From positions 10,964 through 74,963 of the forward strand of contig CAZVYG010000017.1 in the NCBI GenBank assembly GCA_964631605.1: DNA of 64,000 nucleotides, given 5' to 3'. A program made the position numbers and the translations under genes. The notes beneath the pieces are model-generated. The model made no database searches, was not told where the DNA came from, and saw only the letters and a list, made by a program, of their open reading frames with translations. Each line of letters opens with the position of its first letter. Positions within the stretch are counted from its first letter, which is position 1. Positions 23,185 to 33,901 of the stretch are shown one piece after another. This DNA is from an uncultured Verrucomicrobiota bacterium (GTDB lineage: Bacteria > Verrucomicrobiota > Verrucomicrobiia > Limisphaerales > UBA8199).

Positions 23185-26174
23185 TGATCATCAAGAATCA
23201 GTGGAGGAGCCGGTCATTCCGCGCCCTTGCGGGTCTGTATGCTGCCGTTTTTCTGGGGTTGTGTCCGGGTGGATTGCCTTCGATGGCGGAACCTGCGCGC
23301 CCGAATTTTATTTTCGTTTTGATAGACGACATGGGTTACGGGGACCTTTCCTGTTACGGCGGCCAGGGGGTGAAGACGACGCACATTGACCGGCTCAGCC
23401 AGGAGGGTATCCGTTTCACCCAGTTTTATGTTGCCGCGCCAATTTGCTCGCCGTCGCGGACCGCCTTCACCACCGGCCAGCACCCGGCGCGCTGGCGCAT
23501 TACGTCCTACCTGGCCGCCCGACGGGAGAATGAGCGCCGCGGCATGGCCCAATGGCTGGACCCGAAAGCTCCCACCCTGGCGCGAATTCTGCGCGAAGCC
23601 GGCTATATAACCGGGCACTTTGGGAAATGGCACATGGGAGGCCAGCGGGATGTCGGCGAGGCGCCGCTGATTACCGAGTATGGTTTTGACGAGTCGCTGA
23701 CCCAGTTTGAAGGGTTGGGCGATCGGATTCTGCCGTTGTGTGACGCCTTCGACGGGTCGCCTCCGACCCGGCACGCCCTGGGCAGTGACAATCTCGGGCG
23801 AGGAGAGATCACTTGGATGGATCGTTCGAAAATCACCGGGGCATTTGTCGAGCGCGCGCTGAAATTCATCCGCCAGGCGGAGCGGGCCGGACGCCCCTTT
23901 TACGTGAATCTCTGGCCTGACGATGTGCATTCCCCCTTCTTTCCACCCAAGGAACTGCGCGGGGATGGAAGCAAACGGCAGCTCTACCTGGGGGTGGTGA
24001 AGGCGATGGACGAGCAATTTGCACCGTTGTTCGATTACATCCGCACAAGCCCGACCCTGCGAACCAACACGCTGATCATCGTGAGCAGCGACAATGGACC
24101 CGAGCCGGGGGCGGGGGTTGCCGGCCCGTTCCGCGGTCACAAAGGAACGCTGTATGAGGGTGGCGTCCGCGAGCCCTTTATCGTGTGGGGCCCAGGGATT
24201 GTTGACGCGGAGGCGGCTGGGACGACGAATGATCGCACAGTGATTTCCGCCCTGGACTTGCTGCCGTCGGTGGCGCGGCTGGCGGGAGCCAAGTTGCCCG
24301 AGGGTGTCGTGTTTGATGGGGAAGACCTGAGCCGCACCCTCATCGGCAAGGCGCAGGAAAAACGTTCCAAACCCTTGATGTGGAACCGGCCGCCGGACCG
24401 CCCGGGGCAGAACGGCGAGCGCTGGCCGGACCTGGCGATTCGGGAGGGGGATTGGAAACTGTTGCAACAGGAGGACGGCTCGCAGGTGCAGCTTTACAAC
24501 CTGACGCAGGACCCCGGCGAAAGCCGCAATCTCGCCGCCGACCAGCCGCAGGTGGCGCAACGCCTGAGCAATCAGTTGCAGGCTTGGCGCAAGACTCTGC
24601 CGCTCTCGGAGCTGGTCCCCGCGAGGCCAACCAACCGGGTCGCCCCACCGCGCTCCTTCGTCAATCCAATGGCCGAGGGAGCCGATCCTTGGATCGTCCG
24701 TCATCAGGGCACTTATGTTTCCTGCCAGTCGGATGGCAACCGGGCAGTTGCCCTTTATTTGTCGGAGCAACTGACGATGCCTGGAAAGAAGCGTATTATC
24801 TGGCGCGCTCCCACTCAAGGCATGTGTTCGGCCGAAATCTGGGCGCCGGAACTTCATTTTCTCGACGGCCGCTGGCACGTTTACTTCGCGGGCTCTGACG
24901 GCCAAAACCGGAATCACCGGATGTGGGTCCTGCAGTCGGAAGGGGCCGATCCGCTTGGACCTTACACCCTGCATGGGCCCCTTTACACTGGAGATCATCC
25001 CGGCACGGGCGCTGACAATCGGTGGGCCATAGACGGGACGATTCTGGAGACAGGCGGCCGACGTTATTTTGTCTGGTCCGGGTGGGAGGACGAACGGGAT
25101 GAACAATGGCTTTACATCGCGCCGATGAAAGATCCGCTCACCCTTGCGGGAAAACGCGTCAAACTCTGCGACAACGATGACTATCTCTGGGAGCGCGTGG
25201 ACGAGAACGAACGCGGTCGGGGTTTGCACGAGGCGCCGCAGGTGCTGCAACGCGACGGGCGCGCGTTCATCGTCTATTCGTGCAGCGGTTCCTGGCAGCC
25301 CAGTTACAAGCTCGGTCTGCTGGAGTTGCGCGCCAACGGCGACCCCCTGAACCCCACAGACTGGAAGAAGCACCCCGAGCCCGTTTTTCAGTCCTCGCCG
25401 ACGACTTACGGGGTTGGCCACAACTGTTTTGTGAAATCGCCCGACGGTCGGGAGGACTGGCTGGTTTATCATGCGAAACTCGATCGCGGCAACGGCTGGC
25501 GTCGCGCTCTGTTTGCCCAACCGTTTAGCTGGGGTTCGGATGGGCTTCCCCAGTTCGGCACTCCGGTCAGCGCCGGCGTTCCCCTGCCCTGGCCCTCGGG
25601 CCAGGTTGCCCCGCGCCCTGTTCGGGGCCGCTGGGTCTGCGCCTTCAATCAACAGACGGACCTTGATTCATTCCACTATTACGGCCATCACCAGTTCATG
25701 GCGTGGGCGGACGGCGAACTGCACTTGGGAACGAAGCCCACGCAGCCGGTCAACCCTTGCCGCTCCGGCGAAAAGGTTCTGGTGGCGGGCGGCGATTGGC
25801 GGGACTTTTCCGCGTCGGTGCGCGTGCGGGTGGTGGAAGGGACGCGGGATGCCGGCTTGCTCTTTCGCTGCACACTGCCGGCGGTCGGTTACGACGCCCA
25901 GCGGGGCTATTTCGCGGGCATCATACCCGGGACTGGCAAAGTCGTGCTGGGCAGCATGGACGGCGTGACATGGCGTGAAATCGCGCTGGTTGACGCTGAG
26001 GTCAAAGCGGGCCGCGACCATCTCTTGAGCGTGAGCGCCCGCGGCGATGCAATCACGGTGCGTCTTGACGGGAAAGAGGTTTTGCGCCGGTCCGATCTGG
26101 AACACCACGCCGGCAGCATTGGCCTGCGCGTCGTGGAGACACACGCCACTTTTGACGATCTCGAGATCCAATGA
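23184..26174 (+). CDS. Sulfatase-GH43-DUF1080-like fusion protein
   Basis: N-terminal PNFIFVLIDD/CSPSR/GKWH sulfatase; central GADPW...IWAPE...WAIDGT...HEAPQ GH43; C-terminal beta-sandwich (DAGLLFR...GSIGLR). Confidence 0.88.
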   Translation: MIIKNQWRSRSFRALAGLYAAVFLGLCPGGLPSMAEPARPNFIFVLIDDMGYGDLSCYGGQGVKTTHIDRLSQEGIRFTQFYVAAPICSPSRTAFTTGQHPARWRITSYLAARRENERRGMAQWLDPKAPTLARILREAGYITGHFGKWHMGGQRDVGEAPLITEYGFDESLTQFEGLGDRILPLCDAFDGSPPTRHALGSDNLGRGEITWMDRSKITGAFVERALKFIRQAERAGRPFYVNLWPDDVHSPFFPPKELRGDGSKRQLYLGVVKAMDEQFAPLFDYIRTSPTLRTNTLIIVSSDNGPEPGAGVAGPFRGHKGTLYEGGVREPFIVWGPGIVDAEAAGTTNDRTVISALDLLPSVARLAGAKLPEGVVFDGEDLSRTLIGKAQEKRSKPLMWNRPPDRPGQNGERWPDLAIREGDWKLLQQEDGSQVQLYNLTQDPGESRNLAADQPQVAQRLSNQLQAWRKTLPLSELVPARPTNRVAPPRSFVNPMAEGADPWIVRHQGTYVSCQSDGNRAVALYLSEQLTMPGKKRIIWRAPTQGMCSAEIWAPELHFLDGRWHVYFAGSDGQNRNHRMWVLQSEGADPLGPYTLHGPLYTGDHPGTGADNRWAIDGTILETGGRRYFVWSGWEDERDEQWLYIAPMKDPLTLAGKRVKLCDNDDYLWERVDENERGRGLHEAPQVLQRDGRAFIVYSCSGSWQPSYKLGLLELRANGDPLNPTDWKKHPEPVFQSSPTTYGVGHNCFVKSPDGREDWLVYHAKLDRGNGWRRALFAQPFSWGSDGLPQFGTPVSAGVPLPWPSGQVAPRPVRGRWVCAFNQQTDLDSFHYYGHHQFMAWADGELHLGTKPTQPVNPCRSGEKVLVAGGDWRDFSASVRVRVVEGTRDAGLLFRCTLPAVGYDAQRGYFAGIIPGTGKVVLGSMDGVTWREIALVDAEVKAGRDHLLSVSARGDAITVRLDGKEVLRRSDLEHHAGSIGLRVVETHATFDDLEIQ

Positions 26175-27781
26175 CTACGTGCCAAACAACTCGAAAAGTC
26201 TCGGTCCGGGTCCTGCTGTTGGTGGCTCTGTGGCTGGCCACTCTCCCTTTGGCCGCGGCATCAAAACCCAACCTCCTGCTCATTCTGGCTGACGACCTGG
26301 GGTTTTCAGACTTGGGCTGCTACGGGAGCGAAATCGCCACGCCGAACCTGGATGCCCTGGCGGCCAACGGGCTCCGGTTCACTCAATTCTACAACGTCGC
26401 GCGTTGTTGTCCCTCGCGGGCGGCGCTGATGACGGGTTTGTATCCTCACCAGGCGCACATCGGCGACATGGTGGACGAATATGCGCGGCGGGTTCGCGAG
26501 ACCTTGAACAGCCCTGCCTACTCGGATCGCCTTAATCCCAACGCCCCCACCCTCGCCGAGGCCCTGCGGGCGGCCGGTTACCGCACCGGCATGGCCGGAA
26601 AATGGCACCTGGGCTATCGCACCAACGAATGGCCCGTCGCGCGAGGCTTTGACCGCTCTTTCACTGTCATTGAAGGGGCCATGAATTATTACGGCTTCGG
26701 CATGCAGCACATCGGCGTCATGACCAACCCTCCCATGGCTCTCGATCGTGAACTGTTTATTCCGCCCCGCGACGGCTTTTTTGCCACGGACGCGTTCACC
26801 GACTTTGCGGTGGAGTTTATCCGCAACCAGGCTGGCCAAAGCGCTCCGTTTTTCTTTTATCTGGCGTACACCGCGCCGCATTGGCCTTTGCATGCCCGTC
26901 CCCAAACCATCGCCAAATACCGCGGCCGCTACCAGGCCGTCGGGTGGGACAGGTTGCGCGCCGAGCGTTATGAGCGGTTGAAACGGGCGGGGATTATCCA
27001 CGCCCGGTGGCCTCTTGCCCCCCGGCCCGCCACCGTGCCGGCGTGGGACCAGGCACCGCCGGCGCGGCAGGACCAGTGGGACGCAGAGATGGCGGTTTAC
27101 GCCGCGCAAATCGAGGAAATGGACTGCGGGATTGGGCAGGTGCTCCAGACGCTCAGGGCCTCGGGCCTTGACAACAATACGATCGTTATTTTCCTCTCCG
27201 ACAACGGTGGCGCTGCCGAAGACCCCAACCGCTCCCTGCCGGGAGCGGTGCTCGGCACGCGCGAGAGCTACAAAGGGTATGGCATCCGGGGCGCTCACGT
27301 CAGCAGCGCGCCGTTTCGTAAAACCAAGAAGTTCACTCATGAAGGCGGCATCGCCTCGCCGCTGATTATCGCCTGGCCGGCGGGTATTGCCCCTTCGCGC
27401 CGGGGAAGCATGGCGCATGAGGTGTCCCACATTATTGACATCATGCCCACCTGTCTCGCGCTGGCAGGCGCTTCCTGGCCCGGGCAGTGGAACGGCAGTG
27501 CCACCTTGCCGCCGGAAGGCGTTTCCCTCGCTCCGCTGTTGCAGGGAGGTTCCTTGAGCCGCCCCAATCCGCTGTGCTGGGAACACGAAGGCCACCGCGC
27601 CATTCGCGACGGCAAATGGAAACTGGTCGCCAGTTTCGACGAGCCGTGGGAGCTTTACGATATGAAGGCGGACCGCACCGAATCCAGAGACCTGGCGGCT
27701 GCGCGACCGGGCACGGTGCGCAAACTCACGGCGGCGTATGCAGCCTGGGCCAGCCGGATTGGCGTCCAACCCTGGCGTTAA
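26171..27781 (+). CDS. Arylsulfatase
   Basis: PNLLLILADDLGFSDLGCYGSEIATPN, CCPSR, GKWHLG, APHWPLH and SDNGG motifs. Confidence 0.93.
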   Translation: MTTCQTTRKVSVRVLLLVALWLATLPLAAASKPNLLLILADDLGFSDLGCYGSEIATPNLDALAANGLRFTQFYNVARCCPSRAALMTGLYPHQAHIGDMVDEYARRVRETLNSPAYSDRLNPNAPTLAEALRAAGYRTGMAGKWHLGYRTNEWPVARGFDRSFTVIEGAMNYYGFGMQHIGVMTNPPMALDRELFIPPRDGFFATDAFTDFAVEFIRNQAGQSAPFFFYLAYTAPHWPLHARPQTIAKYRGRYQAVGWDRLRAERYERLKRAGIIHARWPLAPRPATVPAWDQAPPARQDQWDAEMAVYAAQIEEMDCGIGQVLQTLRASGLDNNTIVIFLSDNGGAAEDPNRSLPGAVLGTRESYKGYGIRGAHVSSAPFRKTKKFTHEGGIASPLIIAWPAGIAPSRRGSMAHEVSHIIDIMPTCLALAGASWPGQWNGSATLPPEGVSLAPLLQGGSLSRPNPLCWEHEGHRAIRDGKWKLVASFDEPWELYDMKADRTESRDLAAARPGTVRKLTAAYAAWASRIGVQPWR

Positions 27782-27805
27782 GGTTCCGGTTCTGGGAGGC
27801 CACTC

Positions 27806-29245
27806 ATGAAATTTCAATTCATTGCGGGAATCGCCCTTGCGGCAGCGGGCCTGGGCGCCGCGGCCGCATCGCTGCCTTCAAAGCCGGACCTGGTCATTTT
27901 CCTAACCGACGACCAGAGCCAATCAGACCTCAGCCCATACGGGGCGAAGGAATTGCGAACGCCGAACATGCAGCGGCTGGCGGATCAAGGCATGAGGTTT
28001 ACCCGCGCTTACGTCGCCTCCCCAACCTGCGCCCCGAGCCGGGCGGCGCTGCTCACGGGCCTGATGCCCGCCCGCAACGGAGCTGAACCCAACCACAGCA
28101 AGCCGCGCCCCGAAATCAAGAAATGGCCGGCTTATTTCCAGGACCTGGGTTACGAGGTGGTCGCTTTCGGCAAGGTTTCCCATTACCGTCACACGGCGGA
28201 CTACGGGTTCGATTACTTCGCTCACGACACTTTCCATGACCACGCCGCCATTCCCGCCGCGGTTGAATTCCTGAGGAACCGCCCGCGCCAGGGCGCCAAA
28301 CCGCTTTGCCTTTTTGTCGGGAGCAACTGGCCGCACGTTCCGTGGCCTGAGGATACTCCCGGCTACGATCCCAACCGGCTTCCGCTGCCCGCCGGGTCAG
28401 TGGACACGCCCGCAACCCGCGCCTGGCGTGCCCGTTACGCGGCCGCGGTCACCAAAGCGGACGAGGACCTCGGGTTGGTATATGAGGCGGCAGGGGCGGC
28501 GCTTGGTCCGCATACGCTCTACCTCTTTTCCGGGGATAACGGCGCTCAGTGGCCGTTTGGCAAGTGGAATTGTTACGAAGCCGGGGTTTGCGTCCCCTTG
28601 ATCGTCGTCTGGCCCGGCATCGTCAAGGCCGCCTCGACCACGGACGCCATGGTCAGTTGGGTGGATTTTCTGCCCACGCTGCTCGAGGTGGCAGGCGGGA
28701 AACCTCCGGATGGCCTGGACGGCCGCTCCTTTCTGCCCGTCCTTCTTGGCAAACGCCGCGAGCATCGCGACCGCATTTTTACCACTCACAGCGGCGACGG
28801 GCGTTGGAACATCTATCCCTCGCGGGCAGTTCGCGACGGAAACTGGAAGTATATTCGGAACCTCCACCCGGAATATGCGTTTACGACTCACATAGATCTG
28901 CCGGGGAACCTGGGCCAGCGCGCCTACTTCGCCTCGTGGGAGGCTGCCGCCCGAACCAACAGCCAGGCCGCTGCCATTCTCAATCAGTATCATGCCCGTC
29001 CGGCCGAGGAATTGTACAACCTGAAGTCAGACCTCTGCGAACAACGCAATCTGGCGGCGGACCCGAAGCAGGCGTCCCGCCTCAAACGCCTGCGCAATCA
29101 AGTTGACACATGGATGCGTGACCAGGGCGATCCAGGCCGGACTTATGCCGAACCGCGACTCCTGAGCGACCCCGCCAGTTACGGGCCAAATGCACCGCCG
29201 GGAGACGCCGCGGCGACGGCGCGCCCGCAAAACAAGACTCGATGA
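27806..29245 (+). CDS. Sulfatase (N-sulfoglucosamine sulfohydrolase-like)
   Basis: FLTDD, CAPSR, GKVSH, SNWPHVPW, GDNG and RPAEELY motifs. Confidence 0.9.
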   Translation: MKFQFIAGIALAAAGLGAAAASLPSKPDLVIFLTDDQSQSDLSPYGAKELRTPNMQRLADQGMRFTRAYVASPTCAPSRAALLTGLMPARNGAEPNHSKPRPEIKKWPAYFQDLGYEVVAFGKVSHYRHTADYGFDYFAHDTFHDHAAIPAAVEFLRNRPRQGAKPLCLFVGSNWPHVPWPEDTPGYDPNRLPLPAGSVDTPATRAWRARYAAAVTKADEDLGLVYEAAGAALGPHTLYLFSGDNGAQWPFGKWNCYEAGVCVPLIVVWPGIVKAASTTDAMVSWVDFLPTLLEVAGGKPPDGLDGRSFLPVLLGKRREHRDRIFTTHSGDGRWNIYPSRAVRDGNWKYIRNLHPEYAFTTHIDLPGNLGQRAYFASWEAAARTNSQAAAILNQYHARPAEELYNLKSDLCEQRNLAADPKQASRLKRLRNQVDTWMRDQGDPGRTYAEPRLLSDPASYGPNAPPGDAAATARPQNKTR

Positions 29246-32200
29246 GGACCTGCATTTCCGCTATTGTGTTCAAATGATGTGTCGGTGTATCGCGTTGAAC
29301 GCCCCCCGAGGATTCAGGGGCGTCCACCCTGCTCTTCTGGGCGTTTGGTTCACCCTGCTGTTATTGTTGGTTCCTCCGCCTGTCGTCGCCCAAACGCCCC
29401 TGGTCTGGTACGGCAATCTGAACAACCAATGGGACCAGAATGTCACGGCGAACTGGCTCGCGGGGGCCGCGCCGTCAGTATTTACCAATGGGGCGGCCGT
29501 GTTGTTTTCGGATGCCGCCGTTGGCTCGGGCTCCGTGACAGTGATTGGAACGGTGCAGCCCGCCGGCATCACGGTCAGCAATCTCTCCAAACCCTACCTC
29601 TGGACCGGACCCGGCGTGGTGGACGGCTCCGGGACTTTTACCAAGTTCGGCGTCGCACCCTTGACACTTGCAAACACGACCCGGCTCACGACAACCGGGA
29701 ACTTTGCGGTGGGGGCGGGAACTGTCACCGTATTTGGCGCGCCGGGCCAAACCAACGTCGTCAACGGCCAGCTTTGGGTGGGACACACGCCTGACAGTCC
29801 TGCGCACCTCGTCCTGAGCAACACGGCGCTGTCGGTCTCCTCGTGGTTTGCGATCGGGCGCGGCAACGGGACGGTTGGACATTCATCATCGGCCACGCTT
29901 TACGATTCGATTCTGTCCTGCAACAACACCGCCCTGGGTTACTGGGCCAACGTACCGGGCAACCGCCAAAATCCTGTGCTGACGCTCAACGGGAATTCCC
30001 GGCTGGTGAATGATGGCAGCACCGGGTTCAATTTGGGGGAAAGCTCCGGCTCGTCCGCCACGGTGACGATTAATGATGCCTCCTACGTCACTTCCAATCA
30101 GCGCGTTTTGCTCGGCATGGCCTCTGGGGCAACGGGGTCGCTCCTTATCGCGGCTTCGGGGGCGCTGACGAATGGCGGTTATGCCTCGGTCGGCGCGGTT
30201 GGCGTCGGTTCAGCAACGCTGAAGGACAACGCTGTCTGGCATGCCCCGGGCGACTTCAATGTTGCCGATACTTCCGGAAGCTTCGGCACACTCGCAGTGC
30301 AGGATAACGCCCGGCTTGTTATCAATACCCTTTACGTCGGCAAAGCCGCCAACTCCACAGGCGCGGTCCACCAAACCAGCGGCCGCGTTGCGCGCGGCGC
30401 CGGGGGCGGCGAGTGGCGGATTGGTGGCAATGTTTCGGGCGGCGCGAACCAGCTCGGCACTTACAGCCTCGCCAATGGGGTGCTGGATGCGGGGTCGGCA
30501 AATGTGCAGATTGGCGCCTATGGCACCGGCCAGTTTAATCAGAGCGGCGGCAGCGTCTTCATCGGCGGCTGGCCTTCCATCGCCCGTTTTACCGGCAGCA
30601 CGGGCATGCTGAACGTCTCGGGCGGAGCCTTTTACCAGACCGGCGCAAGCACGGCTTTAATCGTGGGGGAACAAGGGACGGGAACGCTGAACCTCAGCCA
30701 GATAGGTCTGATTCAACTGGCGAACAACCTCGTGATCGGCCACACCGCAACCGCCTCCGGCACGGTCAATCTCAACGGAGGCACGCTGATCACGCGCCGG
30801 GTGCTGAGAACCGATGCTGGCGCCACCGCGACACTCAATTTTAACGGCGGCATCCTACGAGCCGCCTCGGGAGCTGACCCGGCGTTTCTCGAAGGGCTTA
30901 CCGCGGCAAATGTGCAGGGCAGAGGAGCAATCATTGACTCCGGCACCAACTCAATCACCGTGTCCCAAGACCTTCTGAACGGCGGAGGAAACGGCGGCCT
31001 GATCAAGCAGGGAGCGGGTACGTTGACTCTCTCCGGCAGTCTGCAGTATGCGGGCCCAACCCTCGTGAGCAACGGGAGGCTCATCATCACCGCACCCAAT
31101 ATCCCGGCCACCTCCGGCATCACGCTTTCCGAGAATTCGGCCTTTGGCGTCAGGGTCCTCGCGAGCGATGCGCGGGTGCAGGTTTTGCAGCTCGGTTTGG
31201 CTGGCGGCTCCCAGACCGCGCTTGACTTCGACTTGGGCGCCTTGGGCACGCCGACGGTTGCCCCCCTGTTTGTTTCCGGGACGTTCTCGCTGAACGGCGT
31301 CGCCACCATCAATCTGGCCGGGGCCAACTTCCAACTGGGTCGGCTGCCGCTGTTGAAGTATGGCAATCTTGCGGGAACCGGGCGGTTCGTTCTTGGGACG
31401 CTTCCCTACGGCATGGCCGCCCAACTGGTTACCAACCAGGCCACGCAGACCCTCGAGCTGAATGTCACAGCCGAGCCCACCGCGCCGGCCTGGAGCATGA
31501 AGCAGGCGCCGTTGATGACCGATTGGGCGCAGCAGGTTGACCCGAACAATCCTTGGCCCGAGTATCCGCGCCCCCAACTGCAGCGTCCGGATTGGATGCA
31601 CCTCAACGGCGTCTGGCAATGGCAGCCCGGGAATACCGCCGACCCACTGCCCACCAACAACCTAATCGGCTCGATCCTCGTGCCGTTCTGCATGGAATCC
31701 GCCATTTCAGGCGTGATGGAGCACCATGAGCGTGCGTGGTATCGCCGGACGTTCACGGTGCCGCCGGCGTGGGCCGGGCAACGAGTTCTACTGCATTTCG
31801 AGGCTGTGGATTGGGAATGTGAGCCGTTCCTCAACGGCGTCAGCCTCGGCATCCACCAGGGCGGCTACGATCCGTTCAGTTTCGACATCACCCCCTACCT
31901 GACCAACTTGGGTCCCCAAGCCCTCGTGGTTAGAGTCTATGACCCCACCGACTCGACTTCCGGGCCCGTGCTGGCCCCGTCCGGCAAACAGCACCTGAAC
32001 CCAGGAGGCATCTGGTACACGCCCTGTTCGGGCATCTGGCAAAGCGTGTGGCTCGAACCGGTGCCGGTCACGCGCATCGCCGACCTCCAAATGGTGCCGG
32101 ACATTGACTCGAGGCAGGTCAGAATCAAAGTGGCGGTTTCCGGACCAACCGCCGGGGTTTCCGTCCAAGCCACGGCGTTTGACGGCACCAACCAGGTCAG

Positions 32201-33872
32201 CTCCGCCACCGGCTTGCCGGGCGCCGAGTTCCTTTTGCCGGTTCCCACGCCGAAACTCTGGTCGCCGAGCAATCCCTTCCTTTACGACCTGCGGCTGGCG
32301 CTGGTCACCCCATCAAACACTCTGGACACCGTCACCAGTTACTTCGGCATGCGCAAGATCAGCCTCGGGAACCACGCGGGCTTCGTCAAAATGTTCCTCA
32401 ACAACCAGTTTTTATTCCAGTATGGGCCTTTGGATCAGGGTTACTGGCCGGACGGAATTTATACGCCACCGACCGATCTTGCGATGCGCTACGATCTCGA
32501 GCAATCCAAGGCGCTTGGCTTCAATCTCATCCGCAAGCATGTGAAGGTGGAGCCCCGGCGCTGGTACTATTACGCGGACAAGCTGGGCCTGCTGGTTTGG
32601 CAGGACATGCCTTCCATGGTCGAGGGCAGGACGATTTCCGACGCCAGCAAGGCGAATTTCGAAGCCGAGCTGTCGCGGATGATTACCACTCACTGGAATC
32701 ATCCCTCGATTATCGTGTGGACGGTATTCAACGAGGGTTGGGGACAGTATGACACCGTGCGGGTCGTTTCCGACGTCATGGCGCTGGACCCTTCGCGGCT
32801 GGTCAACTGCGCCAGCGGCTGGACTTTTTACGAGGTCGGGCACTTGGAAGACTCGCACTCGTATCCCAACCCGAGCTGTCCGCAGAACGACACTCGGGCG
32901 GTGGTGAACGGCGAATTTGGCGGGGTTGGCCTGGGCATCACCAACCACACTTGGGCCTCCGGCTGGGGATATGTGGGCGCGACCGATCCGGCCGATCTGA
33001 CCGCCCGATTTGCCGCGTTCTGCGACCAGTTGTCCGGCCTGATCCACAACAACGGTCTCAGTGCCGCCGTCTATACCCAGATCACCGACGTTGAGACCGA
33101 GCTGAACGGCCTCTACACCTATGACAGGAAAGTCTTCAAACCGTTCCTGCGGCCCATGCAGGAGGCCATCGCGTCAAACTACGGGTTCTACTCCTACACT
33201 CCGGTCGTCCCCACCTCGGAAACGATTGCCCAGACCTGGCGCTACACGATGACCGCCCCGCCTTCAAACTGGGCAACGACGAATTTCTCCGACGCGGGCT
33301 GGAATTCCGGTCCCGGCGGATTTGGCACCGCCGGCACGCCGGGCGCCGTGATCGGCACCACCTGGAACACGGCCGACATCTGGCTCCGCCGCGCTTTCGA
33401 CGCCAGCGGTTTGACGCCTCAGCAAATGTCGAACCTTGTCTTCAGGGTCCATCATGACGAGGCCGTGGAAATCTACCTCAACGGAGTTCTGGCTGCATCC
33501 GCAGCCGGATACACCACCGCCTATGGCACCCTGCCAATGTCCGAGGCTGCCCGGGCGGCGATTGTCTCCGGTCCCAACAACGTCCTGGCCGTCCACTGCC
33601 ATCAAACCGCCGGTGGACAATACATTGACGTGGGCATTGACCTGCGCACCGTGTACGCACCCTTGATGGTGTCACCCGCCATCGTCAACGGCCAGTTCGA
33701 GGTTGCGGTCACGGGCCCGGCTGGAGCCGACTACATTGTTTATGCATGTACCAACCTGGTCCAGCCGGACTGGACGCCGATTCTCACCACCAACGCGCCA
33801 GCCATCCCCTTCCGCTTCACTGAACCGATTGGCCATGCTCAGCGGTATTACCGGGTCGAACTCGGCCCTTGA
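29190..33872 (+). CDS. Large secreted protein: autotransporter-associated beta-strand repeats + GH2 glycoside hydrolase + beta-sandwich + C-terminal FYR-type tail (start uncertain, probably downstream of 29190)
   Basis: GLIKQGAGTLTLSG repeat; PWPEYPRPQL, LHFEAVDW, GPLDQGYWPDG, RKHVKVEP, NHPSII.W..FNEGWGQ and NGEFGG GH2 motifs. Confidence 0.85.
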   Translation: MHRRETPRRRRARKTRLDEDLHFRYCVQMMCRCIALNAPRGFRGVHPALLGVWFTLLLLLVPPPVVAQTPLVWYGNLNNQWDQNVTANWLAGAAPSVFTNGAAVLFSDAAVGSGSVTVIGTVQPAGITVSNLSKPYLWTGPGVVDGSGTFTKFGVAPLTLANTTRLTTTGNFAVGAGTVTVFGAPGQTNVVNGQLWVGHTPDSPAHLVLSNTALSVSSWFAIGRGNGTVGHSSSATLYDSILSCNNTALGYWANVPGNRQNPVLTLNGNSRLVNDGSTGFNLGESSGSSATVTINDASYVTSNQRVLLGMASGATGSLLIAASGALTNGGYASVGAVGVGSATLKDNAVWHAPGDFNVADTSGSFGTLAVQDNARLVINTLYVGKAANSTGAVHQTSGRVARGAGGGEWRIGGNVSGGANQLGTYSLANGVLDAGSANVQIGAYGTGQFNQSGGSVFIGGWPSIARFTGSTGMLNVSGGAFYQTGASTALIVGEQGTGTLNLSQIGLIQLANNLVIGHTATASGTVNLNGGTLITRRVLRTDAGATATLNFNGGILRAASGADPAFLEGLTAANVQGRGAIIDSGTNSITVSQDLLNGGGNGGLIKQGAGTLTLSGSLQYAGPTLVSNGRLIITAPNIPATSGITLSENSAFGVRVLASDARVQVLQLGLAGGSQTALDFDLGALGTPTVAPLFVSGTFSLNGVATINLAGANFQLGRLPLLKYGNLAGTGRFVLGTLPYGMAAQLVTNQATQTLELNVTAEPTAPAWSMKQAPLMTDWAQQVDPNNPWPEYPRPQLQRPDWMHLNGVWQWQPGNTADPLPTNNLIGSILVPFCMESAISGVMEHHERAWYRRTFTVPPAWAGQRVLLHFEAVDWECEPFLNGVSLGIHQGGYDPFSFDITPYLTNLGPQALVVRVYDPTDSTSGPVLAPSGKQHLNPGGIWYTPCSGIWQSVWLEPVPVTRIADLQMVPDIDSRQVRIKVAVSGPTAGVSVQATAFDGTNQVSSATGLPGAEFLLPVPTPKLWSPSNPFLYDLRLALVTPSNTLDTVTSYFGMRKISLGNHAGFVKMFLNNQFLFQYGPLDQGYWPDGIYTPPTDLAMRYDLEQSKALGFNLIRKHVKVEPRRWYYYADKLGLLVWQDMPSMVEGRTISDASKANFEAELSRMITTHWNHPSIIVWTVFNEGWGQYDTVRVVSDVMALDPSRLVNCASGWTFYEVGHLEDSHSYPNPSCPQNDTRAVVNGEFGGVGLGITNHTWASGWGYVGATDPADLTARFAAFCDQLSGLIHNNGLSAAVYTQITDVETELNGLYTYDRKVFKPFLRPMQEAIASNYGFYSYTPVVPTSETIAQTWRYTMTAPPSNWATTNFSDAGWNSGPGGFGTAGTPGAVIGTTWNTADIWLRRAFDASGLTPQQMSNLVFRVHHDEAVEIYLNGVLAASAAGYTTAYGTLPMSEAARAAIVSGPNNVLAVHCHQTAGGQYIDVGIDLRTVYAPLMVSPAIVNGQFEVAVTGPAGADYIVYACTNLVQPDWTPILTTNAPAIPFRFTEPIGHAQRYYRVELGP

Positions 33873-33901
33873 GCAGGAACTGCGAACGCCGCCGTCGAAG
33901 C

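Noticed and set aside
18728-27817. Long antisense ORFs (e.g. 18728-21298, 21943-23154, 23214-25652, 26306-27817; similarly 46281-48467, 50719-52314, 54498-55961)
   Set aside because: Shadow frames opposite well-supported genes in high-GC DNA, with no recognisable motifs.
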